A stretch of 64,000 bases of DNA, taken from Heptranchias perlo (lineage: Eukaryota). A model generated the notes under the pieces. It was not told where the DNA came from. It ran no database searches and saw nothing but the letters and a program-made list of their open reading frames with translations. This document shows, in pieces, positions 23,063 through 35,570 of the stretch. The translations under genes were made by a program, and so were the position numbers. The stretch covers positions 24,056,001 through 24,120,000 of the forward strand of contig NC_090356.1 of NCBI RefSeq assembly GCF_035084215.1, given 5' to 3'. Position 1 is the stretch's first letter. The number at the start of each line of letters is the position of its first letter.

Positions 23063-25359
23063 GTAAGTTAAAGCAGAAACTGCTGGATGTTCAATTTATT
23101 TTTGACGCTCAAGTTCACCTCCCCGACATCAAACAGTGTAGACTACAACTGTGGCAAATTGATGTCAATTCTTACACGTAATATAAGTTGTTGGGAAAAA
23201 TAATAGTTATATTAAAGCTGAAAAAAAGGTGAGGCTGAAACTTTACCAGAATTATGAATTAGGTCAAGTAATTGTAATGTCATACATTTTTATTCTGGCT
23301 AATCATATTGATCCCATTTATAACTAATCTTATACACATTAAGGAGCTACAGGAAATACTTGAACTCATTGTAACTCATAGCCGGGTCCATTAGCAGTGT
23401 CAACCTTCAAGGTAACAGATGGTCGTCAAACAAATAATCATTACTCAAGGTAGAATAGGCTCAATAATTATCCTTTTACAGCCACTTTCGCAAGCCCACA
23501 AGATAAATACAGGTGAGGAATGGCTCACCCAAGCCCATCCAACTCCCTGTGTAGGGAGTCCCCGGTCCCGTCATTGCCCTTGTAAGGAGCAGGCAGAGGT
23601 TCTGTAACCAGAAAATCCCAGAAATGCTTTCTAGTGGATTCCACCGATGAAATTCAGGGCTAAGAAGTAGCCGTTAGGGGACATGAAGCCAGGGTTTTAA
23701 AAGCCTGTAGATTGTAGAAGGAAGGGAAGAAGTGCTGCAATAATGTAGACTGGGTATTTTGTAACCAGTGTAAACACTATTGAGCTGAGTGAGATAACTA
23801 ATGTGTAGAGTGTACTCAAGATAAATGAGCAATAGAACTAGAGGTGAGGGTCATTTCCATCTAAATTATTGTGAAACAAAGTAAATGAGAATATATGTGA
23901 AAAATGCATGTTGCAGAAAGATAGAAAACATTTAACTGTCCTGATCAATGGCTATACACTTGAGAGAAATTTAAACGCAATCATACACTTGGTTGAATTA
24001 TCACTTAATGTCATGGTAACCAACTGTGCACAGCAGTTGGGAATCGTTTGAAAGCCTTAGCCTCGTACAGTTTGTTTTCCATCAATCGATAGCACAAATA
24101 CTTGCTGAGATTAACAGCTGCACCAAGAATGCTAGTTACAGACCCTGTCATTTTAAGCCACTTCTATGTTTAGTGAAAGGTCCTGTAGAAACGGAGCTCA
24201 AACGGAGACCCCACCCCCACCCCCGTCCCCGACCTCCACCCGCCACTCTCCCCTGTTTATTTTATCTGGTGTGGCCGCTCCTGTTGGAAGCCTAGAGACC
24301 CTGCAATGCCTGTTGCTACAAGCGAAGGGATTCAGCTCCAGGCTTCTTACATTACAACAGAGCCAATGGCTGCTCTGGGTCCCCACTGCTGTCGTAGTAA
24401 GGGAAGACCCTCCTTAAATCCTACCTCTTTAACCAAGCTTTTAATCACCCATCCTAGTATCTCCTTCTTTGGCTTGGTGTCAATTTTTGTCTGATTGCAC
24501 TCCAACGAAGTGCCGTGGGGTGTTTTCCGATGTTAGGTACCTCTACGTTATGTACAGCCAAGTTTGGATGTAAAAACACCTTTTAGAGGTAATCTAGGTA
24601 CAAACTTTGAATTATTTTTACTTCGGTTTCTAGAAAGACTGAGCCATTTGCTTTTGAGAGCAAAGTCAGAGAGCAAAAGGAGAGGCTGTGAATAAGAAAA
24701 GTTTGAGTCTGAGGATGAATCAGAGATGCTTTTACATAAAGCGTTTCCCAAATTCGGCTCAGAGAGAGTGACGCCTCATGCTAGCTGCCCATGTTCATGT
24801 TGGTACAATTGGCATCTATGGAAATGTTGGTCTATGATTCCGTCATTGGGATAAGGGTGCGTTTAGCAATGTAAACATGGGGAGCCGGCACATGGTGTCA
24901 CTCTACCATGACACATACTATATGAAGCTCGACAGGCCTTTTCTTAATCATGAATCTACTCTTTCCTTTCCATTTCTCAGTTAGAATGAAGCCCTGAATG
25001 CTTCAGGATTTATTTGGTCTTACGGGCTTTGGTTTTGAAGGTACTCTTCAGAACAATTCACACTTCCCTGATTCCCACCCAGCCATTTTCTACTTCCTTC
25101 CTCCCCTCCCCTCCCCTTCCCCCGCCCCATCCCCTCCACCCCAAAACTGTTTCCTCTATTAATTTTCTTGGCTGATAGACTTTCATTTTTTTTTAATTTC
25201 CACTAGTTCACTCAAAAACCAGACCATCTATTCCAAAACAGGACCAGTGACCATAGGAGCAGCGTTCATTTGTGGGGAAGTAATGCTATCAGGCTGATCA
25301 GGATTAGATTCCCAACAAGTCATTACTGATTTGATTCAGTTTCCATGTCACTCTTACAC

Positions 25360-27160
25360 AACAACAAAACAACTTGCATTTATATGGTGCCTTTAACATA
25401 GGAAAACGTCCCAAGGCGCTTCTCAGGAGCGTAATCAGACAAAAATTGACACCGAGCAAAAGTAGGAGACATTAGGACTGGTGACCAAATGCTTGGTCAA
25501 AGAGGTAGGTTTTAAGGAGGGTGGAGAGAGCGATAGAGAGGCGGAGACGTTTATTGAGGCAATTCATCATTCCTAAATGGCTGAAGGCCTGGCCGCCAAT
25601 GGTGGGGCAAAGGGAGTGGGGGATGCACAAGGAGGCCAGAGTTGGAGGAACACTGACCTCTTGGAGGATTGTAGTGCTGGCGGGATTTTAACATGAGAAT
25701 GAGAATTTTAAAATCAAGGCAGTGGACCGGGAGCCAATGTAGGTCAGCGAGCACAGGGGTGATGGGTGAGCAGAACTTGGGGCAGGTTAGGATATGGGCA
25801 GCAGAGTTTTGGAAGAGCTTTATAAAAGGGTGGAAGATGGGAGGCTGGCCAGGAGAACTTTGGAATAGTCGAGACTGGAGGTAACAAAAGCATGGGTGAG
25901 GGTTTCAGCAGCAGATAAGCTGAGGCCACAGTGGAGATGGGCAATGTTATGGAAGAGGACGTAGGTGGTCTTTGTGATGGAGTGGATATCGGAGTTGGAA
26001 GCTCAGCTCAGATCAGACAGAACACCAAAATTGCGAACAGTCTGAGACAGTGACCAGGGAGGGGGATGGAATTGGTGGCGTGGGAACAGAGTTAGTGGTG
26101 AGGACCGAAGACAATGGCTTTGGTCTTCCCAATGTTTAACTGGAGGAAACTGTGGCTCCTCCAGGACTGGATGTCAGACAAGCAGTCTGACAACACAGAG
26201 GCAGTAGAGGAGTCGAGAGAGGTGGTGCTGAGGTAGATCTGGGAGTCATCAGCGTACATGTGGAACCTGATGTTATGTCTACGGATAATGTCGCCGAGGA
26301 GCAGCATGTAGATGAGAACTAGGAGGGGCCCCAAGCATAGATCCTAGGGAGACTGCAGAGGTAATGGTGCAGGTGTGGGAAGAGAAGCCATTGCAGGAGA
26401 TTCTCTGGCTACAACTGGATAGGGCAGTCCCACTCAGCTGGACAATGGAGGAATGGCATTGAAGGAGGATTGAGTAGTCAACCGTGTCAACGACTGCAGA
26501 GAAGGATGAGGAGGGATAGTGCACCATGATTATAGTCACAGAGGATGTCACTTGTGACTTTGATCAGGGCCGTTAGAATGTTGTGATTGGAGAGGTTCAA
26601 ACATGGAGTCACAGGAAAGATGGGCATGGATTTAGGAGGCAACAATGTGTTCAAGGACTTTTGAAGAGGAAAGGGAGTTTGGAGATGGGGCGGTAGTTTA
26701 CAAGGTCAAAGGGGTCAAGGTTGGGTTATTTGAGGAGGGGAGGATAACGGGAGATTTGAAAGGGAGAGGGGGACAGTACCTGAGGAAAGGGAACTGTTAA
26801 CAATATCAGCCAGTATGGGGGCCAGGAAGGGAAGTTGCGTGGTCAGCAGTTTAGTGGGAATAGGGACGAGAGAGCAGGAGGTGGTTCTCATGGACAAGCT
26901 GAGCTCGGAGAGAGCATGAGGAGAGATAGGAGAGAAACTAGAGAAGGATGTGAGTACAGGGCTAGGGTAGGGAGAAGTTTGGCTTGGTGGGCAACGGGAA
27001 GGAAGGCATGCAGCAGAAGCAGCTGAAAGGATGGTCTCAATCTGAGTATCAAAGAAGTCCATGAGCTCCTTGCACTTGTTGAAGGTGAGGGTAGAGGGGG
27101 CAAGGCAGAGTGGTCTAAGGAGACGGTTGGTAGCAGAGAAAAGAAGCCAGAAACAGCCTA
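25360..27160 (-). mobile_element. L2 LINE, 5'-truncated, degraded reverse transcriptase
   Basis: PIPTKLL..LADIVNSSLSSGTVP; GS(M)[38 protein letters not shown]; LADLHWLPV. 3' tail (reverse complement) ATATAAATGCAAGTTGTTTTGTTGTTG. Confidence 0.92.
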
Positions 27161-27309
27161 AAGATTGTAGCACTACAAGACCGTCGGATATGTTTCCAGT
27201 AAAAGTATGCCTTAAGTGCATTTCACGGTTCCCCAGGGTGCTGTTGTCTGCATATTTTCGTTGGATGGATGAATACATTTGCTGACACTCTGACTTGTTT
27301 GATTTATAG

Positions 27310-27672
27310 GATAAATGCAAAATGGGGAAATGGAGGACGCTTGCAGCTGTGAGACATGTTGGTGTCGCCATTGTCTCCAGCGCCATCACCACAGTCATAG
27401 CAACTGTCCCTCTGTTCTTTTGCATCATCACTCCATTTGCCAAGTTTGGGAAGATTGTTGCCCTGAACACCGGCATCTCTATCCTGTACACCCTCACCGT
27501 CAACACGGCGCTGCTCAGCATCCTGGCTCCAAGTGACTTCTATCGTTCGAGGAGATCTTTTGTTAAGGCGGTGCTAGGAGTAGTTACCATTGGTGGTGCC
27601 GGATTCTGTGTCTGTCTAGTACTGGTTAAACTGGGAATCAAAATCCCACTCCCCAATGGATCAACACTGTAA
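27310..27672 (+). CDS. DISP3: DISP3 terminal coding exon
   Basis: Acceptor gatttatag. Encodes DKCKMGKWRTLAAVRHVGVAIVSSAITTVIATVPLFFCIITPFAKFGKIVALNTGISILYTLTV..KIPLPNGSTL*, matching the DISP3 C-terminus. Phase 0 entry, TAA at 27670-27672. Confidence 0.97.
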   Translation, partial: DKCKMGKWRTLAAVRHVGVAIVSSAITTVIATVPLFFCIITPFAKFGKIVALNTGISILYTLTVNTALLSILAPSDFYRSRRSFVKAVLGVVTIGGAGFCVCLVLVKLGIKIPLPNGSTL

Positions 27673-28921
27673 TTTATTTATAAAATTTTAATACAAGAGA
27701 CTACAGAAAATAATTTTTTTTAAAAAAGGGAACTTCATCACAATGCAAAAACTGGGACCATTGCCTTTTTATTTGTAAACTCGTTCCTTCCTCCATGGTT
27801 GATGATGGCTGATACGCTGAAGCCATTAAGTAGCCACTTAACTGCAAGCGATGGATTGAGTGCAGCTTTTCCTGCTGGTTAGATGTACAACCGCTGATGA
27901 ACTCGTTCCGAATTGTCACCATTTCTGAGGAAAAAAGTTGAAACAACAGAAAAAGTGGTCTGAGAGCAGCAGCTTTTAGACATCTTTTACGCACTTTACA
28001 CCTTTTACACATGATTGTGAGGAAGTCTGTTAATTACATCTGAAAGCTGGCAGCTATCTAGTTAGCATTGGGAAAAGCCGCCTTATTTTCCATTACCCAT
28101 TTCTTCCCAACTACATGATTGCCATGTCCCATCCTCCTACTGTAGATTGTCTCAGTTTGGATGGATTGCTCCCAAACTGTAGTCAGTGCCAGTGGTCAGC
28201 CAGTAGAGGCACAATCCAGGGAGGGTGAGCCCAAATCTTCTCTATGTTTCTCTAATTCTGAGAAGGAACATTTTGACCCCACCTGGAGCTTCGTCTGAGA
28301 AACCAGCTGAGATTGGGTGGACTTACCAACAGGACTAATGACATGGGACACTGAGACTCTGCTTTCTGGCCTCCTGGTTGGAGTCAAATTAAACATTTTA
28401 AGTTACTGGATGAATTTTACCTTTTAGTTTAATTTTTGTTCTTAGTCTTTTATTCTTACTCATTACTTTATTTTTTCTCCTTCAATTTCCTCCCCTTGCT
28501 CCTCTTCTCCTATAGTTCCATGGGTGCAGCTATGCTCTATGACACCCAAGTGCCAGTCTTCACCCGTGGATGTCCATGCTGACCTGGCCTCACACGTAGA
28601 CACTGCCAGCGAGATCACTGGAATGCCCACCCTGGCCAATGTTATCTTTCACCTTCCAAGCCCTGTGACAATGAGGCCAAGTAGAGTATTGCCTCTCCAC
28701 TGCCATCTAAGATGAGATCAGATGACCTGGCTTGCACAGAACAGTGTCATACCGAGTGGCCCTTTTACACATGGAGTCAGGGAGAGGAGTGGCCAAAATT
28801 CCTGTTTGTTCAAGTCTTTTATAGGATGCCAAATGAGCAAAGTCCTGAATCTACAGGAAAGAAAGAACTTGCATTTAATTAGCATTTACCACAACCTTGG
28901 GACATCCCAAAATGCTTCACA

Positions 28922-29597
28922 TAGAATTACATAGAATGTACAGCATATAAACAGGCCATTCGGCCCAATAGGTCTATGCCGGTGTTTATGCTCCACATGA
29001 GCCTCCTCGCACCCTTCTTCATCTAACTCCATCAACATATCCTTCTATTCCTTTCTCCCTCATGTGTTTATCTTGCTTCCCCTTAAATGCATCTATGCTA
29101 GTTGCCTCAACTACTCCTTGTGGTAGTGAGTTCCACATTCTAACCATTCTCTGGGTAAAGAAGTTTCTCCTGAATTCCCTATTGGATTTATCAGTGACTA
29201 TCTTATTTTTATGGCCCCTAGTTCTGGTCTCCCCTGCAAGGGAAGCATCTTCTCTACGTCTATCATATCAAACCCTTTTAGAATCTTAAAGACCTCTAAC
29301 AGGTCACCCCTCAGTCTTTTTTCTAGAGAAAAGAGCCCCAGCCTGTTCAATCTTTCCTGACAGGTTTAACCTTTCAGTTCTGGTATCGTCTTAGTAAATT
29401 TTTTTTGCACCTTTTCCAGTGCCTCTATATCCTATTTATAATATGGAGACTAGAACTGTTCAAAGTACTCCAAGCTTGTACTCCAATCTGGAGGGATAGA
29501 ATTGAAAAGAATAGGAGTTATGTTAAACTTGTATAGAACCAAGGTTCTATACAAGTTTAACATAACTCCTATTCTTTTCAATTCTATCCCTCCAGAT
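28922..29597 (-). mobile_element. CR1 LINE 3' fragment with a fold-back at its 5' truncation point
   Basis: CR1 tail (TAGAATTACATAGAATGTACAGC..GGCCATTCGGCCC) and ORF2 C-terminal sequence on the minus strand. Inserted into a minus-strand Deu-SINE (28855-28921 and 29600-29895). Confidence 0.85.
29486..29597. repeat. Perfect inverted repeat, 55-bp arms with a 2-nt spacer
   Basis: 29486-29540 is the exact reverse complement of 29543-29597. The spacer is AA. Confidence 0.95.
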
Positions 29598-30569
29598 ATG
29601 TCAGTTAACAATTGTTGAAGTGCAGCCGCTGTTATGTAGGGAGGCAAACATGGCAGCTAATTTACACGCAGCAAGATCCCACAAACAGCAGAAGAGATAA
29701 TTGACCAGTTAGTCAGTTTTGGTGATATTGGTTGATTGATTGTTGATCAGGGCATCAGGAGAACTCCCAGCTCTTGTTCAAATAGTGGAATAAAATCCAC
29801 ACGAATAGGTGGATGGAGCCTCGGTTTAATGTCTTATTCAGAAGGTAGCACCACCAACTGCAGCTCTCTGTACTGCACTGGAGTGTGAGCCAAGCTGTCA
29901 TCCTTACTTTCATTAGCGTGGTTGCTCAAATATGATGTGTGCACATACAAGAAATGCCTAACTGATGCTTCGCTGCACATGTTGCTCTTTTAAAGGAAAA
30001 TCTCACCTTCAAACTAAAGTAGTCCCACATTAAAAAAAATGAAAGGAAAATACAGTGAAGACCTTAAGAGATCAAACTAAACAGGTTCCTCAATGTAGGC
30101 AGCTGTACAATCCAAGTGACAAAAGTCTGAAATGTTATGTTATAAACCCAGCCAGGGTGGCAGTATTAAACTGTGATCACTAGTGAATTTAAAAGTAGGT
30201 GTTTAAACTGATCACAAGTAGAATAGCCAACCAGCTGTAACAGTGCAAGGTTTATATGTATAATTAATAGGAAAGCTGGTTGGTACCCTGATGGTTCACT
30301 TGGTAAAGAACAGTGGCACTAAGCCATATAGGTCAGATAATCTGTGCTGAGTTTGCTGGCCTTGGCCAGAGCAGCAATAAGGTTGTTGCAATTAGCCTCA
30401 GCGCACCTGGGCTAGGGACGGCTAAAGTCAGCCCAGATTCCCATTCCTGCTCATTATCCAGTAACCTCTGGTGGAAAGTATGTGGGTGGATATTTGGGTA
30501 AATTTAGGTTGGAGCACAGTTGAGATATTTCCCCCTTCCCACCATAGTTGAAAAGGCTGCCAAGACTTA

Positions 30570-31160
30570 GGCCTAGAAATTCGGGCACACCCATTTTTGG
30601 GCCTGAACGGTGAGGCCCGAGGCACACCCGATATTGTGTCTTGGGCCTCATTTCCATCGAGCCGGCGAGCTGCAGAGAGTTACAGGCAGCTAGCTGATGT
30701 AGCGGAATTGAAGATTGCATTGGCCCTCAGGTAAGTGATGAAGGGGGTCGACCAGGTCGGGAGGGAAGTAGTGTTGGCTGGGAGGGAGGTAGCGGCGATC
30801 GTGGAGGGGGGATCGACCCGTATTCTTCGAATGTGGGGTCGGGAGCAGCTATCCTGCTCTTTTTTGGTTCCACATCCAGGTAAGTATATTTTAAAACCTT
30901 ACCTTGTTGGTTGCGGCCCTTTAAGGACCACCTGTTAGGCCGCATGTAGATCCGGCACCGGCTGCCTCAGGGCAAACCAGTCTTGCAGTGGGGGCCTAAC
31001 GCCTGTTCCAGGCGTGGGCACTGCACTCCAATTTTGTGGCCTTTATCAATATGGCGGGCGGCGCGCACCCTGGCGCATGTAATAATCGTGCGCTTCCTGC
31101 CCGCCATATTGGAGGTTTAGGAGGCCGTTAACGGTCAACGAGCAGACAACTTTCTAAGTC
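30570..31160. mobile_element. Harbinger/Tourist-type MITE (long form)
   Basis: Left TIR GGCCTAGAAATT; degenerate right TIR ACTTTCTAAGTC (9/12). Flanks TTA / TTT. Shares AGGCCC(G/A)AGGCACACCCGATATTG with 50791-51110. Confidence 0.75.
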
Positions 31161-31649
31161 TTTGTGTTTAGGCTCACAGATGAGGGACATATTGGAGAGT
31201 AGCTGGAACATGCACCCCGGGCAGGTGTCAGCACCTTCAGCAGAGAAGGGAAGAAAATTGAAGTCGGGGAGGAGACAGTGGCAGGAAAGTAAAAAGATGT
31301 TTGGCAGCTGTTTAATCAGAATGAGCTGAGAGATGGGTCTCTGAATAGAAAGTGAGGACACGTTTTGTAAATATTATATTAATAAGGATATCAATTTGTA
31401 GTCTCCAGTACTGAAGAAGGGGATTATGCAAATACTGCACTGTTAGTAACTTATTGTTCAATTGTTACCTATAAATTAACAATTTACTGTTTATAACCAA
31501 TACATTCAGGGTGTTTACAGGACATTGTTGTACATCAGCGATTCACACATATCCAAATGTTAGCCAAGTATTTGAAGAAACATTCATGGAGTGGACAGTT
31601 CAGTAATTCACCAACATGCTCCACTAATGCTTCAGTATATGCTTTAACA

Positions 31650-32613
31650 CTAGGGTGTCCAAACAATAGCTGATAGTCCGTATCCGGCCCACGAGCCATA
31701 GGACCATAGATGTTTACAGCACAGAAAGAGGCCATTTGGCCCATCGTGTTTGTGCCGGCTTTTTGCACAAAACTAATCCCACTGCCCCTCTCTCCCCCTT
31801 TATAGCTCTGTATCTTCCTGCGCTTCAAATATTTATCCTTTAAAATATGCAATGGTCTCTGCCTCAACCACCCCCTGTGGCAAAGCATTCCAAGCTCCAA
31901 CAGCCCTGGCTATTTGGCCCACAAAGCCCAGGTGAGTCATTTTTTGTTTGCCTTTGTATTTCATAAACCTGTATTCACCTATTTGACTTTCATGGGCAAA
32001 CACATAACAAGTATATATTATATTAAACACTGACACTAAAACATTTAAAAGATGTTGATAAAAATGCACAAATGCAATATTTAACAATATAATTTAATGA
32101 TAATTGGATAGCAGCTGTTCGCTTAGGAAGGAATAACAATAGTATAACTTATAATATTAATTTATATTTTGATACATAAATATGTACATAAAAACAAATT
32201 ATCATAAATTACATAATTCCACTTCCATGATGAGAAAAGATAAGTAACATAAAATGCTTGCCCTAATCAGTTTTCTGACAACTATGATTTCATGTTGTGA
32301 ATTCTTCCTTGAGTTCAGTGGTTTGATTTGTATATGAGGCTGTGGCACTCCTTGGTGTGCAGCTCAGTGACCCAGTAAGACAAGATGGGGTCCGTTTTAT
32401 GAGTTGGCTCTCCTTTTGCATGATAAGAGTGCATATCAGAAATTCAGGAGCAATGCAAGATATTCCGTCCATTAAAGTAAGTGGATAAATGGATGGAATA
32501 TGACGCAGAGTGCACTGCCCCCGTACCCAAACTCCCAGTGCGCATACCCGTCATGGGAAGCTCTGCGCCAGGATTGCTAATTTGTAAACCTAGCTAATAT
32601 TTGGACACCCCTG
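31650..32613. mobile_element. hAT (Charlie-like) non-autonomous element with a nested CR1 fragment (about 31700-31905, minus)
   Basis: TIR CTAGGGTGTCCAAA / TTTGGACACCCCTG. 8-bp TSD CTTTAACA (31642-31649) vs CTTTAACC (32614-32621). Confidence 0.8.
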
Positions 32614-33166
32614 CTTTAACCGCCTGGAGGTGTCTGGCTAGACATGATGTTGATGTCCATTGGTGCAGCCTTTAAAAGACGCTGTTTCATTTTACCTTTC
32701 CCATCCCATCAACATACTCTCCATCATCATAGTTACAGACCAGAAAGCCATTAGAAGTCAACCGAGTATATTTTCTTCCATAGCTGGTGTGAGCAAAAAG
32801 TCGGATAGAAGTATAAAACCAGTTGCTCCATTTTATACTCAGTGACCGAAGGAATATATACCCCAATGTATTTTAATATGAGATGACTATTTAACCAGGA
32901 GCTAAAAGCAATCAGTTCTAAAATACTGAACTGTCCAATACACCTACATTAATATCAACATCTAACAAAGTCTTGAAAATAGCCTGAGTGACTCTAATTA
33001 TTGCATATTGTTAGACTTAGTACTTTTATTTTTTCCTTATTGTGTAAATTTCTTAAGTAATTTTGTAGAAAAAAAAATCTTTGGACAATGTTCCTTGTTT
33101 TAGGAACTGTTGTTGAATTATTTGACATTCAAATTGTTGTATTACAGCTGCTTCAACTCAAACCGA

Positions 33167-33172
33167 AATAAA
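33167..33172 (+). promoter_or_regulatory. Candidate distal polyadenylation signal for DISP3
   Basis: AATAAA after an AU-rich unique stretch, followed by a pyrimidine/U-rich tract (33205-33235). Alternatives are ATTAAA at 28388-28393 and AATAAA at 29789-29794. Confidence 0.3.
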
Positions 33173-35189
33173 TTTCTATTCATTGTCAATGAAAACCTTT
33201 CAGGTCTTTCTTTCCTTTCCCTCTTTTTTTTTTCTCCTGCTTTCTGCACCTCCTCTCCTTGACGCTCAGAAGGTAACATTTCCTATAGCAAGGCCTCCAA
33301 TTTCCCCTTGGGAACTTGCCATCAGATTTTTACTTTCGACAGATTGACAGCTGCCAGGCAGAACCTTTCACCTGGCACGGCAGCTGTGGCTATGAGAAGG
33401 AGCAGAAAGAGTTGGGTGGAGTTACACTTGGAGCATCAATGCTCAGTGCCACAAACTGTACTCATTTACTACTCTTATGTTGAGTTGTGTTGTACAGGTG
33501 GGTACCAACGGAGATGCTGGGGGCAGGAGAGGAAAAAGGGAAAGCTTACCTGAGATCAAATCCCTGTCTTGGTCTTGGTAACAAAGGCACAGGACCAGGA
33601 TGCCTGGTTTAAAATGGAGGTATGTTAAATAAAGCAGAAGCTCTCCTGATGACTCAGGTGGTGAAGGCAGTGAACAGCTGAGACATACAGACTTGGATCT
33701 CCTGTTTGTGTTGTTAGCTGGTCTCAATCAGGGGCAGAACTATAGCACTGCAATTGGTTTCAGTGTCCATGGGTCAAGGAGGTGAAACGCAGCCAGGGCT
33801 TCTCCGCTTGATCACTGTCCAGTGACCACTGTTGTATGTGTGGTCAGCAGATATGGACAGGATTGGGTTTGGCTGTGATATTCCATTCTACTCACTTCCC
33901 AGGCTCATGAATGGGTGAGGTGCTGTCCATAAATTCTGAAGATGTGTGCGAGGAGTGGAGAAAATGGGAAGAAAAAGGCAAAAAGCAGAATGGGACCAGC
34001 AGAATTAATAGCTCATTCCAGATGTTCTATTCATAAGATGTCAGATGAGACTCGCTGCTCCTTTGCATTCAGACCTCAAAATGGAGAACCATGTGGTCAA
34101 ATGGGTTTATGGGGAGAAGAGATAAGATATTTCACTTACTCGCAACATGGCCCACACTTAGTATCTCATCACTGTTATTAGTTAGTAGGTTTGTAACCTG
34201 CACAATGTCCAAACACCACAGGACGGATACGTTAATAAAAATGGAGCAAAAAAAGAGTTGGCCAGTTTGATCAAGGCCCTGTCAGGTATGCAGCATCTCA
34301 TCTCAAGGGGCATAAAAACTGATCTTGAGGAGCTCATCACACACGAGCTGGTTGATTAGAGGGTGGTACGAAGGGCCTGTGAAACCCCACAATCTGGGCT
34401 GCCCTGTATCTAGAGGAGGGGGTGTGAAGATAAACTGGAGTGGGGGGGGAGGGTGCTGCAAGACAGGCCAAAACAAAGGAAGAACACACAAAGAAATGAA
34501 TGACCTTATCACTCACATGGGAATAAATCGAGTGAAAGGACAGGACTGCACCACTTCCATTTAACTCCCCTTTTTCCAATTGCATGGTTCAACAATCCTT
34601 TGTCACATTTCAGTTCTGAATTGGACAGCACCAGGAGACAGTGATTAAATACAAGTGACTGCAACCAATTTATTGCATCAAAATTGCTAAATAGGTTCAA
34701 AATACTGCTGACCTCACTTTTGTACAAATTGCTTAATAGAAATTGCCATTTATAGGAAGGGGAGCAAGCCACCAGATGAGTTCACTTTTCATTTAGTTGT
34801 GTTATAAGGAATGCTTATACCCCAGTCTGTTTTAATCAAACATTTGGATTGGACTGAATTACTTCATTGTGAATGGCTGCTATACATCACTATTACAACA
34901 CACTGGATAAACAAAGTCACGCAATTACTTGGCTTTTCCGTGTTGTAAACCTATTGTAATGCTGCCTGATCAGAGTCTCACACAGGTAGCACAGACTCTG
35001 CTGATGAATGAGCTGCAACTGAGGGCAGGAAACTATCACTTCCTTTTAATTGCAGCAGGAGCTTAATAGCAATTTGTCTTGGCTCCAGGTAATTGGAATG
35101 AAGCAGCCTAGGGCAATGAAATTTATGTGGTTTTGTCACCCGGATCCAGCTTCTGTTCGCCATTGCGGAGTGTCTGAACAAGGTTAATG

Positions 35190-35570
35190 GATCTTTGATG
35201 CCCTACCCTTTGTTTTGGGAGACGAGAGAGTCAGGAATGCCCCATGTCCGGCCAGTTATATTCCGTCTGCAAAAAGCCTTTCCTGCACCTCTTGAGAAAG
35301 AAGCTGCCAGGACAGGCTTTGCGCGAGCCGGATGTGGAGGTCGTCCTTTCGGTTCACGCCGATGACGTGCCCCTCACGGTCACAGACCCTGCTGACTTGT
35401 GGCGGATGCGTGAGGGCCAGCAGGTATACTCTGCCGCGTCCCCCACAAGCATCAGTGGGGATAAAAACTCCGGACTTTTAGGTCAGTGGCAGGTAGATTC
35501 CCTGCCGGGGGAGGTCCGCCCTTTCCAATGAAGCACCTGTACCTGGGAGTCTACCTGAGACTCGCAGAGG
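35190..35570 (+). mobile_element. Tx1/L1-clade LINE reverse transcriptase fragment
   Basis: Q(E)CPMSGQLYSVC..PFLHLLRKKL..VVLSVHADDV (YADD-like)..KHLYLGVYL, which are Tx1-type RT motifs. Confidence 0.78.

Noticed and set aside
26715-27521. 268-aa minus-strand ORF overlapping the last DISP3 exon
   Set aside because: It is a chance fusion of the antisense of DISP3 coding sequence with a degraded L2 ORF2 frame
34280-34517. TG...CA-bounded segment as a solo LTR
   Set aside because: No matching 4-6 bp TSD (GGCCC vs TGGGA) and no second copy in the window
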